Assembly: GCA_043228905.1 (NCBI GenBank)
Contig: JBHGNT010000004.1
Location: 11,780,001-11,844,000, forward strand
Source: Azolla caroliniana
Lineage: Eukaryota; Plantae; Polypodiophyta
DNA length: 64,000 bases
Reading direction: 5' to 3'
Under the pieces are notes generated by a model, which searched no databases, was not told the origin of the DNA, and saw nothing but the letters and a program-made list of their open reading frames with translations. Position numbers and translations under genes: made by a program. The first letter of the stretch is position 1. Every line of letters starts with the position of its first letter. Positions 24,441-36,800 of this stretch are shown piece by piece.

Positions 24441-24816
24441 GAGGTATAATGGGGTTCGAGGAGAGAGACATGAAAAACATCATGAATGGAACCACGAGAA
24501 TGTGGGTGAAGGGAGATGTCCAGCTACATGGCTCCTACTACAACCAGACATGTTGTTTTCTAGATGTTGGGGTCCATTGACTCGATGGAATTGTGGCCGA
24601 TTACTCCTAGGACAATGGCGAAGGAGATGACTGAAGGCACCACAATATATGCACAAGCCATTAGCCCGCTGAAATTATCGTTCGGCATCAGTCAATGGAC
24701 GAAATTGAGCTTGATCAATTTCCATGGGGATTGGAGCATCTGCCAAAGTAGGTGAGCGGGACGCAATCGGCAGGAGTGATACTTGGGGTTGTATAAGTGG
24801 GGCCTATCATGGAAGT
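24441..24816 (-). pseudogene. Chromovirus-like gypsy gag C-terminal fragment (continues from 49752)
   Basis: Minus strand PIPMEIDQAQFRPLTDAER..RANGLCIYCGAFSHLLRHCP. Confidence 0.75.
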
Positions 24817-24990
24817 GGTTGAGATACAAGCTCAACATTGGCCGGATCGGCTGTGCAAGCCGAGAACCGGATCGGTTGGGGCCAATCGGTTAGGCCGGAC
24901 CGGTGCGTAATGTTGGTAGACAGGTCCCTCCGGATGGGAAGGGAGAAGAACAGTGCTGACAAACAAACTCGGCCGAGGCCGAAACGGAGA

Positions 24991-25220
24991 ACCGGATGAG
25001 GAGTACCCGACTGCGGAGAGTCGGATGGTGTAGGCCCGGTATGAACCGGATGAGGAGAACCCGACTGCGGAGAGTCGGATGGTGTAAGCCCGGTATGAAC
25101 CGGATGAGGAGTACCCGACTGCGGAGAGTCGCATGGTGTAGGCCCGACTGCGGAAAGCCGGATGAGGAGCACCCGACTGCGGAGAGCCGGACGGGTAGTA
25201 CCCGACTATGGAGAGCCGGA
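24991..25220 (+). repeat. 58-bp tandem repeats in C1 U3 (copy number differs between LTRs)
   Basis: ACCGGATGAGGAGTACCCGACTGCGGAGAGTCGGATGGTGTAGGCCCGGTATGA units; also at 31520-31750, with fewer, shorter units at 590-675. Confidence 0.9.
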
Positions 25221-25712
25221 TGGAGCCCATCGTGGCTACATTTGTAAATAGCCGAAAAGTCATATTAGTATAAATATGACTTAGGGCAAACCTTTAGAAT
25301 GTAGTTGTCATTCTTGTTGTTATTCTTTCTTGTTGGTGCAAGTAGGAATCAGAGCGCGTAACTGTACAGAGAGAGAGAGAGAGAGAGAGAGAGACGAGGT
25401 CGATGCCTCTGTTGTAACCGCCGCCTGTGGCGAAGATCTGAGAACACGAGGTCGTTGCCTCAGTGATCTCACTGTTGTATATTTCTGCATAGTGACAGTT
25501 TGCAGCTTGTGGGCTGCCGTGGTTTTTTCCCCCTATTTTGGGGTTTTCCACGTATACCTCCTGTGCACCATTTCTCTCCCTTTTTTTTGTGTCGCGTTTT
25601 CATTACCTGTTTTTCTGTGTATGTAAAGAATCTCGGTTGCGGCTACCGAGCGTGGGACATAAGGAACATCGAGTTCTCTACAAGTGGTATCAGAGCGAGA
25701 TCGACACAGAAA

Positions 25713-26594
25713 ATGGACGAATCGTTTGGCGGCATGTTCAAGCTCACCGGCTCCAACTATTCAGTGTGGAAGTCGAAGATGAGGGACATGCTCGTGGGGC
25801 TCGAGTCGGATCAGACGGCCCGGGTTAACACGAAGTACAAGATTGTGGACCGGAAGGTAAGGCTAGTCGCGGCACCCTTACCGGAGGGCAGCGAGTTGCG
25901 AATCAAGGGGGTCGAGTCGGACCCCAGTCTACGAGATCCGGCTTGCATAGGACACACCTTCACCGACAGAACTCTACGGGAGCTCAAAATCGGTGGGGGC
26001 GGGTTCCTACTGCCGGCGGAAGAAGACCGGTTTCGGAGAATGCTCGGAAGGCACGGGAAAGCCTTCGCATTCTCACCGGAAGAGATCAGGTGCGTAGACC
26101 CGACAGTCGTGAAGCCGATGGTGATATTCACGGTACCACATGTGCCGTGGAATCTCAAACCAATTCCGGTACCGAGAGCTCACATCCCGGAGCTGATGGA
26201 GCTGTTGAGGTAGAAAGTCGATATGGGCATCCTCGAACCGTCGAGTGCCCCGTACTCGAACCGGTGGTTTACGGTACCGAAGAAGAACGGGACGTTGCGC
26301 TTCATTCAAGACCTGCAACCGGTCAACAGAGTGACCATTCGGAATGCAGGAATCAGACCAACGATAGACGAGTTCGCGGAGGCCTTCGCCGGAAGGTCGA
26401 TCTACTCGGTCGGTGATCTGTACTCGGGATACGATCAGTTCCAACTAGCCGTGGAGAGGAGAGACATTACGACTATGCGGACTCCTCTCGGCCTAGTGCG
26501 GATGTGTACCCTGCCACAAGGAGGGACGAACTCGGTGGCCCACATGGTGAATGCGATGAACATGGTGCTCAGGGATTGTATCTCGTGTTGGTAG
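25713..26594 (+). pseudogene. In-frame copia Gag N-terminus fused to gypsy pol/RT (one TAG at 26211)
   Basis: MDESFGG...MRDMLV|GLESDQTARVNTKYK...; ORFs 25500..26213 and 26223..26594 share a frame. Confidence 0.85.
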
Positions 26595-27204
26595 ACAGGT
26601 CCCTCCGGATGGAAAGGGAGAAGAACCGGATGGGGAGATCCCAACTGCGGATAGTCGGATGGTGTAGGCCCGACTGCGGATAGTCGGATGGTGTAGGCCC
26701 GACTGTGGAGAACCGGATGAAGCTCATCAAGGCTACATTTGTAAATAGCCGAAAAGTCATATTAGTATAAATATGACTTAGGGCAAACTTTTAGTTATGT
26801 TGTTGTCATTATTATTCTTCCTTGTTGGTGCAAGAAGAAATCAGAGCGCGTAACTGTACAGAGAGATAGAGAGAGAGAGAGAGAGACGAGGTCGTTGCCT
26901 CTGTTGTAACCGCCGCCTGTGGCGAAGATCTGTGAGCACGAGGTCGTTGCCTCAGTGATCTCACTGTTGTATATTTCTGCATAGTGACAGTTTGCAGCTT
27001 GTGGGCTGCCGTGGTTTTTTCCCCCTATTTTGGGGTTTTCCACGTATACCTCCTGTGCACCATTTCTCTCCCTTTTTTTTGTGTCGCGTTTTCATTACCT
27101 GTTTTTCTGTGTATGTAAAGAATCTCGGTTGCGGCTACCGAGCGTGGGACATAAGGAACATCGAGTTCTCTACAAGTGGTATCAGAGCGAGATCGACACA
27201 GAAA

Positions 27205-30200
27205 ATGGACGAATCGTTTGGCGGCATGTTCAAGCTCACCGGCTCCAACTATTCAGTGTGGAAGTCGAAGATGAGGGACATGCTCGTGGTTAAAGACCTC
27301 TGGCTGCCGGTTCAGTTCGGGGACAAGAGACCAGACAAAATCGACGTCGCGATATGGGAGGTGATGCACATGAAGACAACGGCGTACATACGGTGCTTCA
27401 TCGACATGAGCCTATACAACAACTTCAATGAAGAGAGCAAGGCTCATGAGCTCTGGGAGAAGATCGGCATGATGTTCCAGAACAAAAATGTTGTCAATCA
27501 AGCGTCGGTATTCCGGAAGCTTGTAAGACTCCGGTACCAAGATGGCTCCAGCATGGCGGAGCATATGAATGCCTTCCAGGGGCTGATTCACCAGGCAACG
27601 TCATTGGAAGTACCCCTTGCCGATGAGGTCCTAGCACTACTCCTGCTCGGTTCCCTCCCGCATAGCTGGGAGACGTTAGTTGTTACCTTGGGCAACGCCG
27701 GGCCGGAAGGAAAACGGCTATCCCTAGCAAGAATAAAGTCGAGCTTGCTAGATGAGGAGGCTCGTCGGAAAGACAAAGATACGAGCTCCGACTCCAAAGC
27801 GCTCCTTACCGAATCGGAACGCGGAAGACATAGAAACCGTAGTCCCCAGAACCGGGAGAAGTCGGGGACACGATCAAAGTCAAGGGGGAGGCCTACTTGC
27901 TTCTATTGTGGCAAGCCGAGACACTTCCAAAAGAACTGTCGGCATTTCCGTAAAGACAAGGAAACCGATGGTACCGACTCAAAGCAAACCCCGAACCGGA
28001 ACAGTACAGACCGGAACGGTAAAGACCGGAGGGGGCCGGACCGGAAGGGAACGACGGCAATTGCGGCAAGTGAAGAGGAGTTGATGCTCATCACCGAGGA
28101 GAGTGAGATAAACCATGCCGGCGATGAGATGACCTGGGTGGTAGATTCCGGAGCGTCGTTCCATCTTACCCCGGACCGGAAATGCTTCTCATCCTACTCA
28201 GCCGGTGATCACGGCTGTGTCCGGATGGGGAATGAAGGTACATGCCGAATTGTCGGCATAGGAGACGTGTGGTTGTCGACACCAACCGGATGCAAGTTGC
28301 TGTTGAAAGATGTCCGACACGTTCCGGAAGTTCGTCTAAACCTGATATCAGCCGGTCGGCTAGATGATGAAGGCTACACGGGTAGCATCCGGAACGGTGT
28401 CATAAAGTTCAGCAAAGGGAGCCTGATTGTGGCTCGGGCCCAGAAGGTAAACACACTGTACCTGATGAATGCCCGGTTATGTCCGGAAGAAGTGAACGTG
28501 ATTTCCGACACTGCCGGTGAGCTGTGGCACAGGAGGCTATGTCACATGAGTGAGAAGGGGATGAAGAGGCTTGGAGACGACAACCTCATTCCAGTGAAGA
28601 ACGTGCACTTAGAGAAGTGCACTGATTGTCTGGCCGGTAAGCAGAACCGGACCTCCTTCCGACCAAGGCCACCGATGAGACGTAATGCACCACTGGAGTT
28701 GGTGCATACGGATGTTTGTCAAGTAGACACGAAGTCACATGCCGGAGCGCAGTACTTCGTGACGTTCATAGATGACCACAGCCGGAAGTTGTGGGCCACA
28801 CCGTTGACGACGAAGGATCAGGTGTTATCCGTCTTCAAAGAGCTCCACGCGAGAGTGGAAAGAGAAACCGGCCGGAAGCTGAAGGCGGTTCGAGCAGATA
28901 ACGGAGGTGAGTACCGGGGGCAGTTCGAGGAGTACTGCCGCTCGAAGGGAATCCGGCTCGAATTTACCGTGCCGAAGACGCCGAAGCTAAACGGACTGGC
29001 CGAGAGGATGAACCGGACCATAATGGAGAGGGTCGGGAGTATGCTAGCACATGCAAAACTACCCAAGAAGTTTTGGGCTGAGGCACTGTCCACGGCGACA
29101 TATGTGATAAACAGATCACCCTCAGTACCCCTGGACGGAGACACGCCACAGAGAGTATGGACCGGTAAGGAAGTGTCCTACCGGCATCTAAGGGTGTTCG
29201 GGTGTCTCGCGTACGTGCATGTAGCAAAGGACCGGAGAGGAAAGCTAGATCCAAAGACCCGGCCATGCATATTCCTCGGTTACGGTGACGATGAGTTCGG
29301 CTACCGAGTGTGGGACCCAGTTGACAAGAAGGTATTCCGGAGTCGAGATATTATCTTCATGGAGGACAAGACGCTCGCCGACTGGGAGTCGGAGAAGAAG
29401 ATAGTGAACTCTGAGTCGACCGGTAAGGATAGACTCTACAATGAGCAGACCCAACCGACAAGAGACCGGTTAGCACTCGAGGAACCAGCCGGTTACGGTG
29501 AGGATACCGAACCAGCAGAAGAAGAAGTAGAGGAAGCTGAGACCGGAACCGGTCAAGATCCCGAATCGGATTCGGATGAAGAGCAAATGGAGGAACCGAT
29601 TACCGAAGTCCGAAGACGTAGATATCCTCTCAGAGAGAGAAGGGCGCCCCGGAGATTTCCGGATGCCGAGCATGTCCTGCTAACCGATGAGGGGGAGCCG
29701 GAAAGCTTCGAAGAAGCGAAGGTTGACACCCATAGCCGAAAATGGTTAAGTGCCATGCAGGACGAGATGGATTCCCTGCATGAGAACCATACGTACGAAT
29801 TGGTGGAGCTGCCGAAAGCAAAGCGGGCACTCCGAAACAAGTGGGTATTCAAGTTGAAACCGGGAGATGCCGGCAGAAGCGAAGGTTGACACCCATAGCC
29901 GAAAATGGTTAAGTGCCATGCAGGACGAGATGGATTCCCTGCATGAGAACCATACGTACGAATTGGTGGAGCTGCCGAAAGCAAAGCGGGCACTCCGAAA
30001 CAAGTGGGTATTCAAGTTGAAACCGGGAGATGCCGGCAACCCCCCGAGATACAAAGCCAGGATCGTGGTGAAGGGGTTCCAGCAGAAGAAGGGCGTGGAC
30101 TTCGACGAAATATTCGCCCCGGTAGTAAAAATGACCTCCATCCGGACGGTGCTGAGTATAGCAGCAAGCTTGGACCTCGAGGTAGAGCAGCTGGAAGTGA

Positions 30201-31428
30201 AGACGACATTCCTTCACGGCGACCTCGAAGAGGAGATCTACATGCAGCAACCGGAAGGATTTGTGGAGAAAGGGAAGGAGCACCTGGTATGCCGATTGAA
30301 TAAGAGCCTATACGGACTGAAGCAGGCTCCCCGGCAATGGTATCGGAAGTTCGACACCTTCATGACCGATCAAGGGTACCACAAGACGCAGGCCGATCAC
30401 TGCGTGTTTGTGAAGAAGTTCGAAGGAGGGGACTTCCTGATACTCCTCCTGTACGTGGATGACATGTTGATCGTCGGACGAGACCAAGGAAAAATACGGA
30501 TGCTGAAGAAGGCTCTCAACCGGACCTTCTCAATGAAGGACTTGGGTCCGGCAAGACAGATGTTGGGGATGCACATCATTCGGGACCGGTCTGTGAAGCA
30601 ATTATGGCTGTCACAGGAGAAGTATGTGACAAAGGTGCTTCACCGGTTCAACATGTCAGATGCAAAACCGGTCGGATCGACACTACCGGCAAACTACAAG
30701 TTGTCCGGCAAGCAAAGCCCAAAGACAAAAGGAGAGAAGGCAGATATGATGAAGATTCCATATGCCTCTGCCGTCGGGAGCTTGATGTACGCAATGGTTT
30801 GTACCCGACCGAACATTGGATACGCAGTCGGAGTGGTGAGCCGGTTCATGAGTAATCCCGGCAAGGAGCATTGGAACGCGGTCAAATGGATACTCCGGTA
30901 TTTGAAGGGCACTTCAAATATGTGTCTCCGATTCGGCTCCGGAAAACCTCAACTGGACGGTTTCACCGATTCGGACATGTCGGCTGATGTGGATACCAGC
31001 CGGTCTACATCCGGGTATGTGATGACATATGCAGGGGGAGCTGTTTTGTGGCAGTCGAGACTGCAGAAGACGGTTGCATTGTCAACCACAGAGGCGGAGT
31101 ACATGGCGGCTGTGGAAGCCGGCAAGGAAATATTATGGATGAAGGACTTCATTGGGGATCTCGGTATCCGGCAAGAGGAATACCGACTCTACTGCGACAG
31201 TCAAAGTGCCATCCACCTTGCTAAGAATGCGGCCTACCATTCCCGGACGAAGCATATCCAGCGGAGGTATCACTAGATCCGGGAAAGGGTAGATGACCAG
31301 GAGTTCGCATTAGCGAAGATCCACACGGCCGAGAACGGGTCAGATATGCTGACCAAAGTGCTGACACCCGACAAGCTGGACGCATGCCGAAAGAGGATCG
31401 GGCTGGAAAGACACCCCATGCCGGAGTG
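27205..31428 (+). pseudogene. Near-intact copia Gag-Pol (frameshifting duplication at 29712-30037; TAG at 31274)
   Basis: ORFs 26992..29889 and 29867..31276 cover gag, PR, INT, RT (YVDD) and RNase H. Confidence 0.93.
29712..30037 (+). repeat. Perfect 163-bp tandem duplication at the start of RT
   Basis: AGAAGCGAAGGTTGACACCC...GATGCCGGC starts at 29712 and again at 29875. Confidence 0.92.
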
Positions 31429-32656
31429 AAGGGGGAGTTTGTTGGTAGACAGGTCCCTCCGGATGGGAAGGGAGAAGAACAGTGCTGACGAACAAACTCG
31501 GCCGAGGCCGAAACGGAGAACCAGATGAGGAGTACCCGACTGCGGAGAGTCGGATGGTGTAGGCCCGGTATGAACCGGATGAGGAGAACCCGACTGCGGA
31601 GAGTCGGATGGTGTAGGCCCGGTATGAACCGGATGAGGAGTACCCGACTGCGGAGAGTCGGATGGTGTAGGCCCGACTGCGGAAAGCCGGATGAGGAGCA
31701 CCCGACTGCGGAGAGCCGGACGGGGAGTACCCGACTATGGAGAGCCAGATGGAGCCCATCGTGGCTACATTTGTAAATAGCCGAAAAGTCATATTAGTAT
31801 AAATATGACTTAGGGCAAACCTTTAGAATGTAGTTGTCATTCTTGTTGTTATTCTTTCTTGTTGGTGCAAGTAGGAATCAGAGCGCGTAACTGTACAGAG
31901 AGAGAGAGAGAGAGAGAGAGAGACGAGGTCGATGCCTCTGTTGTAACCGCCGCCTGTGGCGAAGATCTGAGAACACGAGGTCGTTGCCTCAATGATCTCA
32001 CTGTTGTATATTTCTGCATAGTGACAGTTTGCAGCTTGTGGGCTGCCGTGGTTTTTTCCCTATTTTGGGGTTTTCCACGTATATCTCCTGTGTACTTTTT
32101 CTCCTCTTTTGTGTCGCGTTTCATTACCTGTTTTTTCTGTGTATGAAAAGAATCTCGGTTGTGGCCGAGCATCGGACATACGGAACGTCGAGTTCCCAAC
32201 ACGTAAAACATTTGCGTAAACCATTACGCAAACCGGTGCGTAACGAGAAGCCGTAGCGGTGCGTAAACTGCGAGGCCGTTGGAAAGATATTCCGTGTAGG
32301 AATATATTTCGGGAGTTAGCGTAGAGCTCATTTATGAGCAGTCAAGTACTGTCAGTACTTGTGTCAGCCCGATTGTCAGGGCTTGTATAAAAGGTGCTCA
32401 CTGAGCACGGTGTATGTACAGACAGAGTGATATTTTGAATTGAGTTTTTCTATTCTCTCTCTCTGTCTCTCCCGTGTACTGTCTATACTCTAAGCTCTCC
32501 ATTAAACCTGCATATTCTCTGTGTTGGTTTTCTATTGCAAACGCACGTATTCTTTTACATGGTATCAGAGCGCGAGGGTTGAGAACCTCTGCAGCCGACA
32601 TAACTTGAAAAGAAAAACCAACCGATAAGAACAGGTAAAAACCAACGGATAGAAGC

Positions 32657-33858
32657 ATGGCTAGCTCGCTTCCGGCGGAGAAGCTTGACAGAAACAACTA
32701 CGCATCTTGGTCCTACAAGATGCACCAATACCTGCTCGGGCATGGTTACTGGAGCTATGTCGACGGAGCAAATGACACATCACCCAAATCGACACACAGA
32801 GATTTCCCGGCCTAGGAACAGTCGACGAGCAGATTATTGTACTGCTTCGAGTCTTGTGTGGGCAAACAATTCCTAAGCTACATTTGGGATGTGAAAACGC
32901 CGAAGGATGCTTGGGGAAATCTGAAGAAGATTTTTGCCGCAAGCACTACAGCTAGGAAGCTTCAACTCCGACAGGAGTTGAGCAATTTACGACAACGCGA
33001 CTTGCCCGTGGCCGATTACACCTCGAAAATCAAAGATATATGCGACTCCTTAGCCTCCATTGATGTGAATGTCGAGGAAGGCGAGATGGTGCAGATCTGT
33101 CTCGGGGGACTAGCGTCGAATTTCGGAGCATCCCGAACTGCTGTGTGTACACGGAAGAATATGCCGTCGTTTTTCAACCTACAGTCGATGCTCCTTATAG
33201 AGGAAAACCACATAGGTGCGTCGACGAGCACGCATGCCGACAACAAGATGATGTACACGGAGGGAGATAGGCCCCGTGGTCGTGGCGGACGAGGCGAGTG
33301 GGTGCGCATTGGAGGTGGCCAACCGGACCAAGGAAGAAGGCACCGAAGTGATGCCGACAGCAACTCCGGACCCTCCGGAAATAGGGGGAGTCGAGGTGAT
33401 GAGAACCGGCAAGGGAAATCCATCATGGAATAGGGTCCAGAAATAGGGGGAGTCGAGGCGATGAGAACCGGCAATGGAAATCTGCCATGGAATGCTGGTA
33501 TTGTGGAAAGAAAGGCCACAGGGAGAGCGAGTGCTGGAAAAAGCGCGCCGACTCAGAGAGAACCGGGTCCGGATCAGGTTCCCGACAGACCGACAAGGGT
33601 AATCGGCAACGATCGCACTACGCCGAAGGAGCCGAAAAAGGGTCAGCCTTCATGACGAGACACAAAGCAAACTCGATGAAGAAGTACGTCGACTCCGGCA
33701 CGTCAAACCACATGATGTGCCACAAGGAGTGGTTCTCGTACCTGGAAAAACCGATGCAACTGGGAGTAGTCACAACCGGTGACAACACTCCGCATCCGAT
33801 CGCGAATGCCGGTGCAGTTCCCTTGAGTCATGTCGGGCAGAAAGGGAAACTCATGAAT
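32657..33858 (+). pseudogene. C2b gag-protease
   Basis: MASSLPAEKLDRNNYASWSYKMHQYLLGHGYW, CWYCGKKGHRESEC, YVDSGTSNHM. Confidence 0.9.
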
Positions 33859-36800
33859 GCGTGCGTGGAGAAACGAGGCGGGACCACCGGGGTCTTGAAC
33901 CGAAGAGCGGGTGATAGGAGGGGAAAGAGAAAGAGAGAGAGACGACCGGTAACGTATGAGCAAAGAGACACAGGGGCACGGCCCATCAACGCAAAAAACA
34001 CGAATGGACACAGAGACAGAGAGACAAGAATGTTTGTATATTAACAAATGACACAAAACAACGGAGCACGCGAGCGGTTACAACCGAACATGCCAGCGAA
34101 CAGATGTTGATGCCTGTTCGTCTGCGCACGAAAGGGGATAGGATGGAGGTGCTGCCGAAGCACACGGGCGTTCCTCGAAGCAGCGCGAGCCTCCCGAAAT
34201 CCTACAGAGAAGAGCGATGGAGAATGAACAGAGGAGAAGCGTTCGGTTACGGTCCGACAGCACTTCGTCCTCCTTAATGCGCGATCCCTTTCTCCCCGCG
34301 CCTCCCTCTCTTTTATAGCTTTAAGAAGGGAGTTGTTTCCCTCATTAACTTCCTACCTACCGAATCTAACTACCTAGGATATCTCTTTGTACCTAATCCT
34401 CTATTATATACATTAAAGGGTGCGCACGCGTCAAGAGCCGGTTCGCGCGCGCTATGCACCGATTGCGCTAAGGGACGGTTTTCTTCACGACATCCACCCC
34501 CACCTAACCGCGCATCCACTGATATGTGCCAAAATTGGGTTCTAGTTGGAGAAAACCGGTCCAGGTTCCGGTTCCTCGCCCATCGGTTCGTCCTCTGTTT
34601 CGAATTGTTCGTCGTCGCTGTCCAGGCCTCTTACATCCGGTTCGCCGTCGTGGCGCTTCTTGAACGCTTTGATCCGCTTCCCTGCTACCGGTATCGCCAT
34701 CCTCGTACCGTCGAGTTCCGCCAGGTGATACGTCCCATTGCCGTTGGCGCTCGTTACCACGTAAGGCCCGTACCACCGCTTCGCAAACTTCCGTGTTGCC
34801 CGGTGCTGGTTGTCGAGGCTGCTGTCGTAGACTAGCACCCAGTCGCCTTCCTCGATTTTCTTTGGTCGGAGCTGGTGCGTTCGGTCGAACCGGGCTTTGT
34901 TCCTCATCCTCGCCGTCCGAAGTCTCTCCGCCGCTCGTTCCACGTCCTCTGGCCTCCGCTCGAGCTGCTGTATACACGCCGCTAGCAGTTCTTCCCGGCT
35001 CATCTCGTCTCTCGAGTCCACTGTCGCCCAAGAGGAGATCGTCTGTTCCATCGGCATGATCGGCTTCTGTCCGAACATGAGCTCTGACGGCATGAACCTG
35101 GTTACCGAACTGTGTGTTGTCCTGTCCGCCCACAAGGCATAAGGTAACAGTCGTGGCCAGTTCCCGACCTGGCCTCCGCATGCCTGGACTAAGGCTTTGA
35201 CGATCGGTCCGTGTCCGAGCTCCACCTTCCCGTTCGCCTCCGGATTGTACGCTGTGGTGAGCGAGAGCTTGACCCCTAACCGGTCGAACAGCTCCTCGGC
35301 CTCTTGGCATCCAACTCCCCGCGGTCAGCCACGATCTTCCCGACGCACCCGTACCGGCATATCACGTCCTCAATCAGGAACCGACACACGGCCGCGGTCG
35401 TTTTGTTCTGCAGGGCTCGGCCTTCCACCTGGTTCGTCAGGTCCTCCCGGGCCAGCACCAGATATCGCATCTGCCCTACACCCATCGGCATCGTCACCAA
35501 ATCTACCATCCATTTGAAGTGGACGGCCGGAGGGTATGTAGGGTGAAGCTCGTCCCGATGTCAGACTATGGAGTGTATATGACAGCTCTCATAAGTCGTC
35601 ATGAACCGATGTACGTCTCGGTACAGTCCCGGCCACGAGTACTTCCCCTTTAGTTTCTCGAACGTGGCCCACGTTCCACGGTGTCTAGCCCAGGGGCTGT
35701 CATGGTAGGCCTTCAGTAACTCCTCCTATTCCTCCTTCATCGCCACTACTCGGAGCGGGATGCCGTTTCTCTTCTTCGGGTGCTTCCACAAGTATCCGTC
35801 CCGGAGAAAGAATTGGTACGCTTTCTTCCGGATCCGGTTGGCCTCGTCCTTTGTCCATGACGCGTCCGGCGTCATCGTCCTTAAGAATCCTCCAATCTGC
35901 AGCCACTCCCCATCGTACTTGCTCTCGTTAAAATCGTTAAGCGCCGGAGTGCTCCCCCCCTCAGTTGTTACGTAAGCCGCCTCGAAGAAGTCTACGCCGA
36001 CTTCCTCGTCCTCCGAAACCATGCCGCCCTCGACGTTGAATCACGCCCTCGAAAGCATGTCGGCCATGGCATTGTCTTTCCCGGAAATGTGTCGTATTTC
36101 CGGATCCAGGGACTTGATGTATGCTATCCACCTGAGCATTGCCAGGTCCGGGGTTGCGCATCCAGAAACCATGCCAAGAATCGGCAGGCAGTCTATCTCG
36201 ATAATCACCTCTGTCCCGATCAGATAGTCTTTATCGGCCTTTACCGCCGAAACAATACCCTAGAGTTCGCGTTTAACCTGGGCATATCCTCGCTGTCGCT
36301 CGCTGAGGACCTTCGTGCCGAACCGGATTGGGAACCGAATGCCGTCCTCATCTTCTTGGTTGACGACCCATCCGATCCAGGTCGGACTCGTATCTACCGT
36401 TCTGTAGATGGGAGTGCCTTTCTCGTAGTCAGCCTTCCGGAGTGTCGGAGCTGCAGCAAGAGCCTCCTTCATCTTTCGGACCGACTCCGTATGCTCGTCC
36501 CGCCACTCGAATTTTCGCACCTTTTTCAGCAACCCGTATAGCGGCTCGGCAACGTGAGCGTAATGCGGGATCCATATGTGGTAGAAAGCGCATGCTCCCA
36601 AGAACCTCCGTACCTCCGTGACCGAGTTACAGTCGGGCTTCATTGCGGAGATGGCTTCTACCTTAGCCGGAGACGGTTTCCGGCCATACGGTCCGCATAG
36701 ATGTCCGACGACCATGATCTCCGATTTCCCGAAGGCCGATTTCTCTCCGGAGAAGGTGAGCCTCGTGTCCTCTAGCCTCTTCCTCTTCACCAAGTCTACG

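Larger units (their letters stand above)
24911..32201 (+). mobile_element. Three-LTR copia C1c (LTRs 24911-25682, 26586-27174, 31440-32201), TSD CGTAA
   Basis: CGTAA at 24906-24910 and 32202-32206; two Met PBS; PPT GAAGGGGGAG before 31440. Confidence 0.93.

Noticed and set aside
24991-25220. CRISPR-like array (also 10290-10460)
   Set aside because: No unique spacers and no cas genes; these are LTR U3 tandem repeats in eukaryotic DNA.
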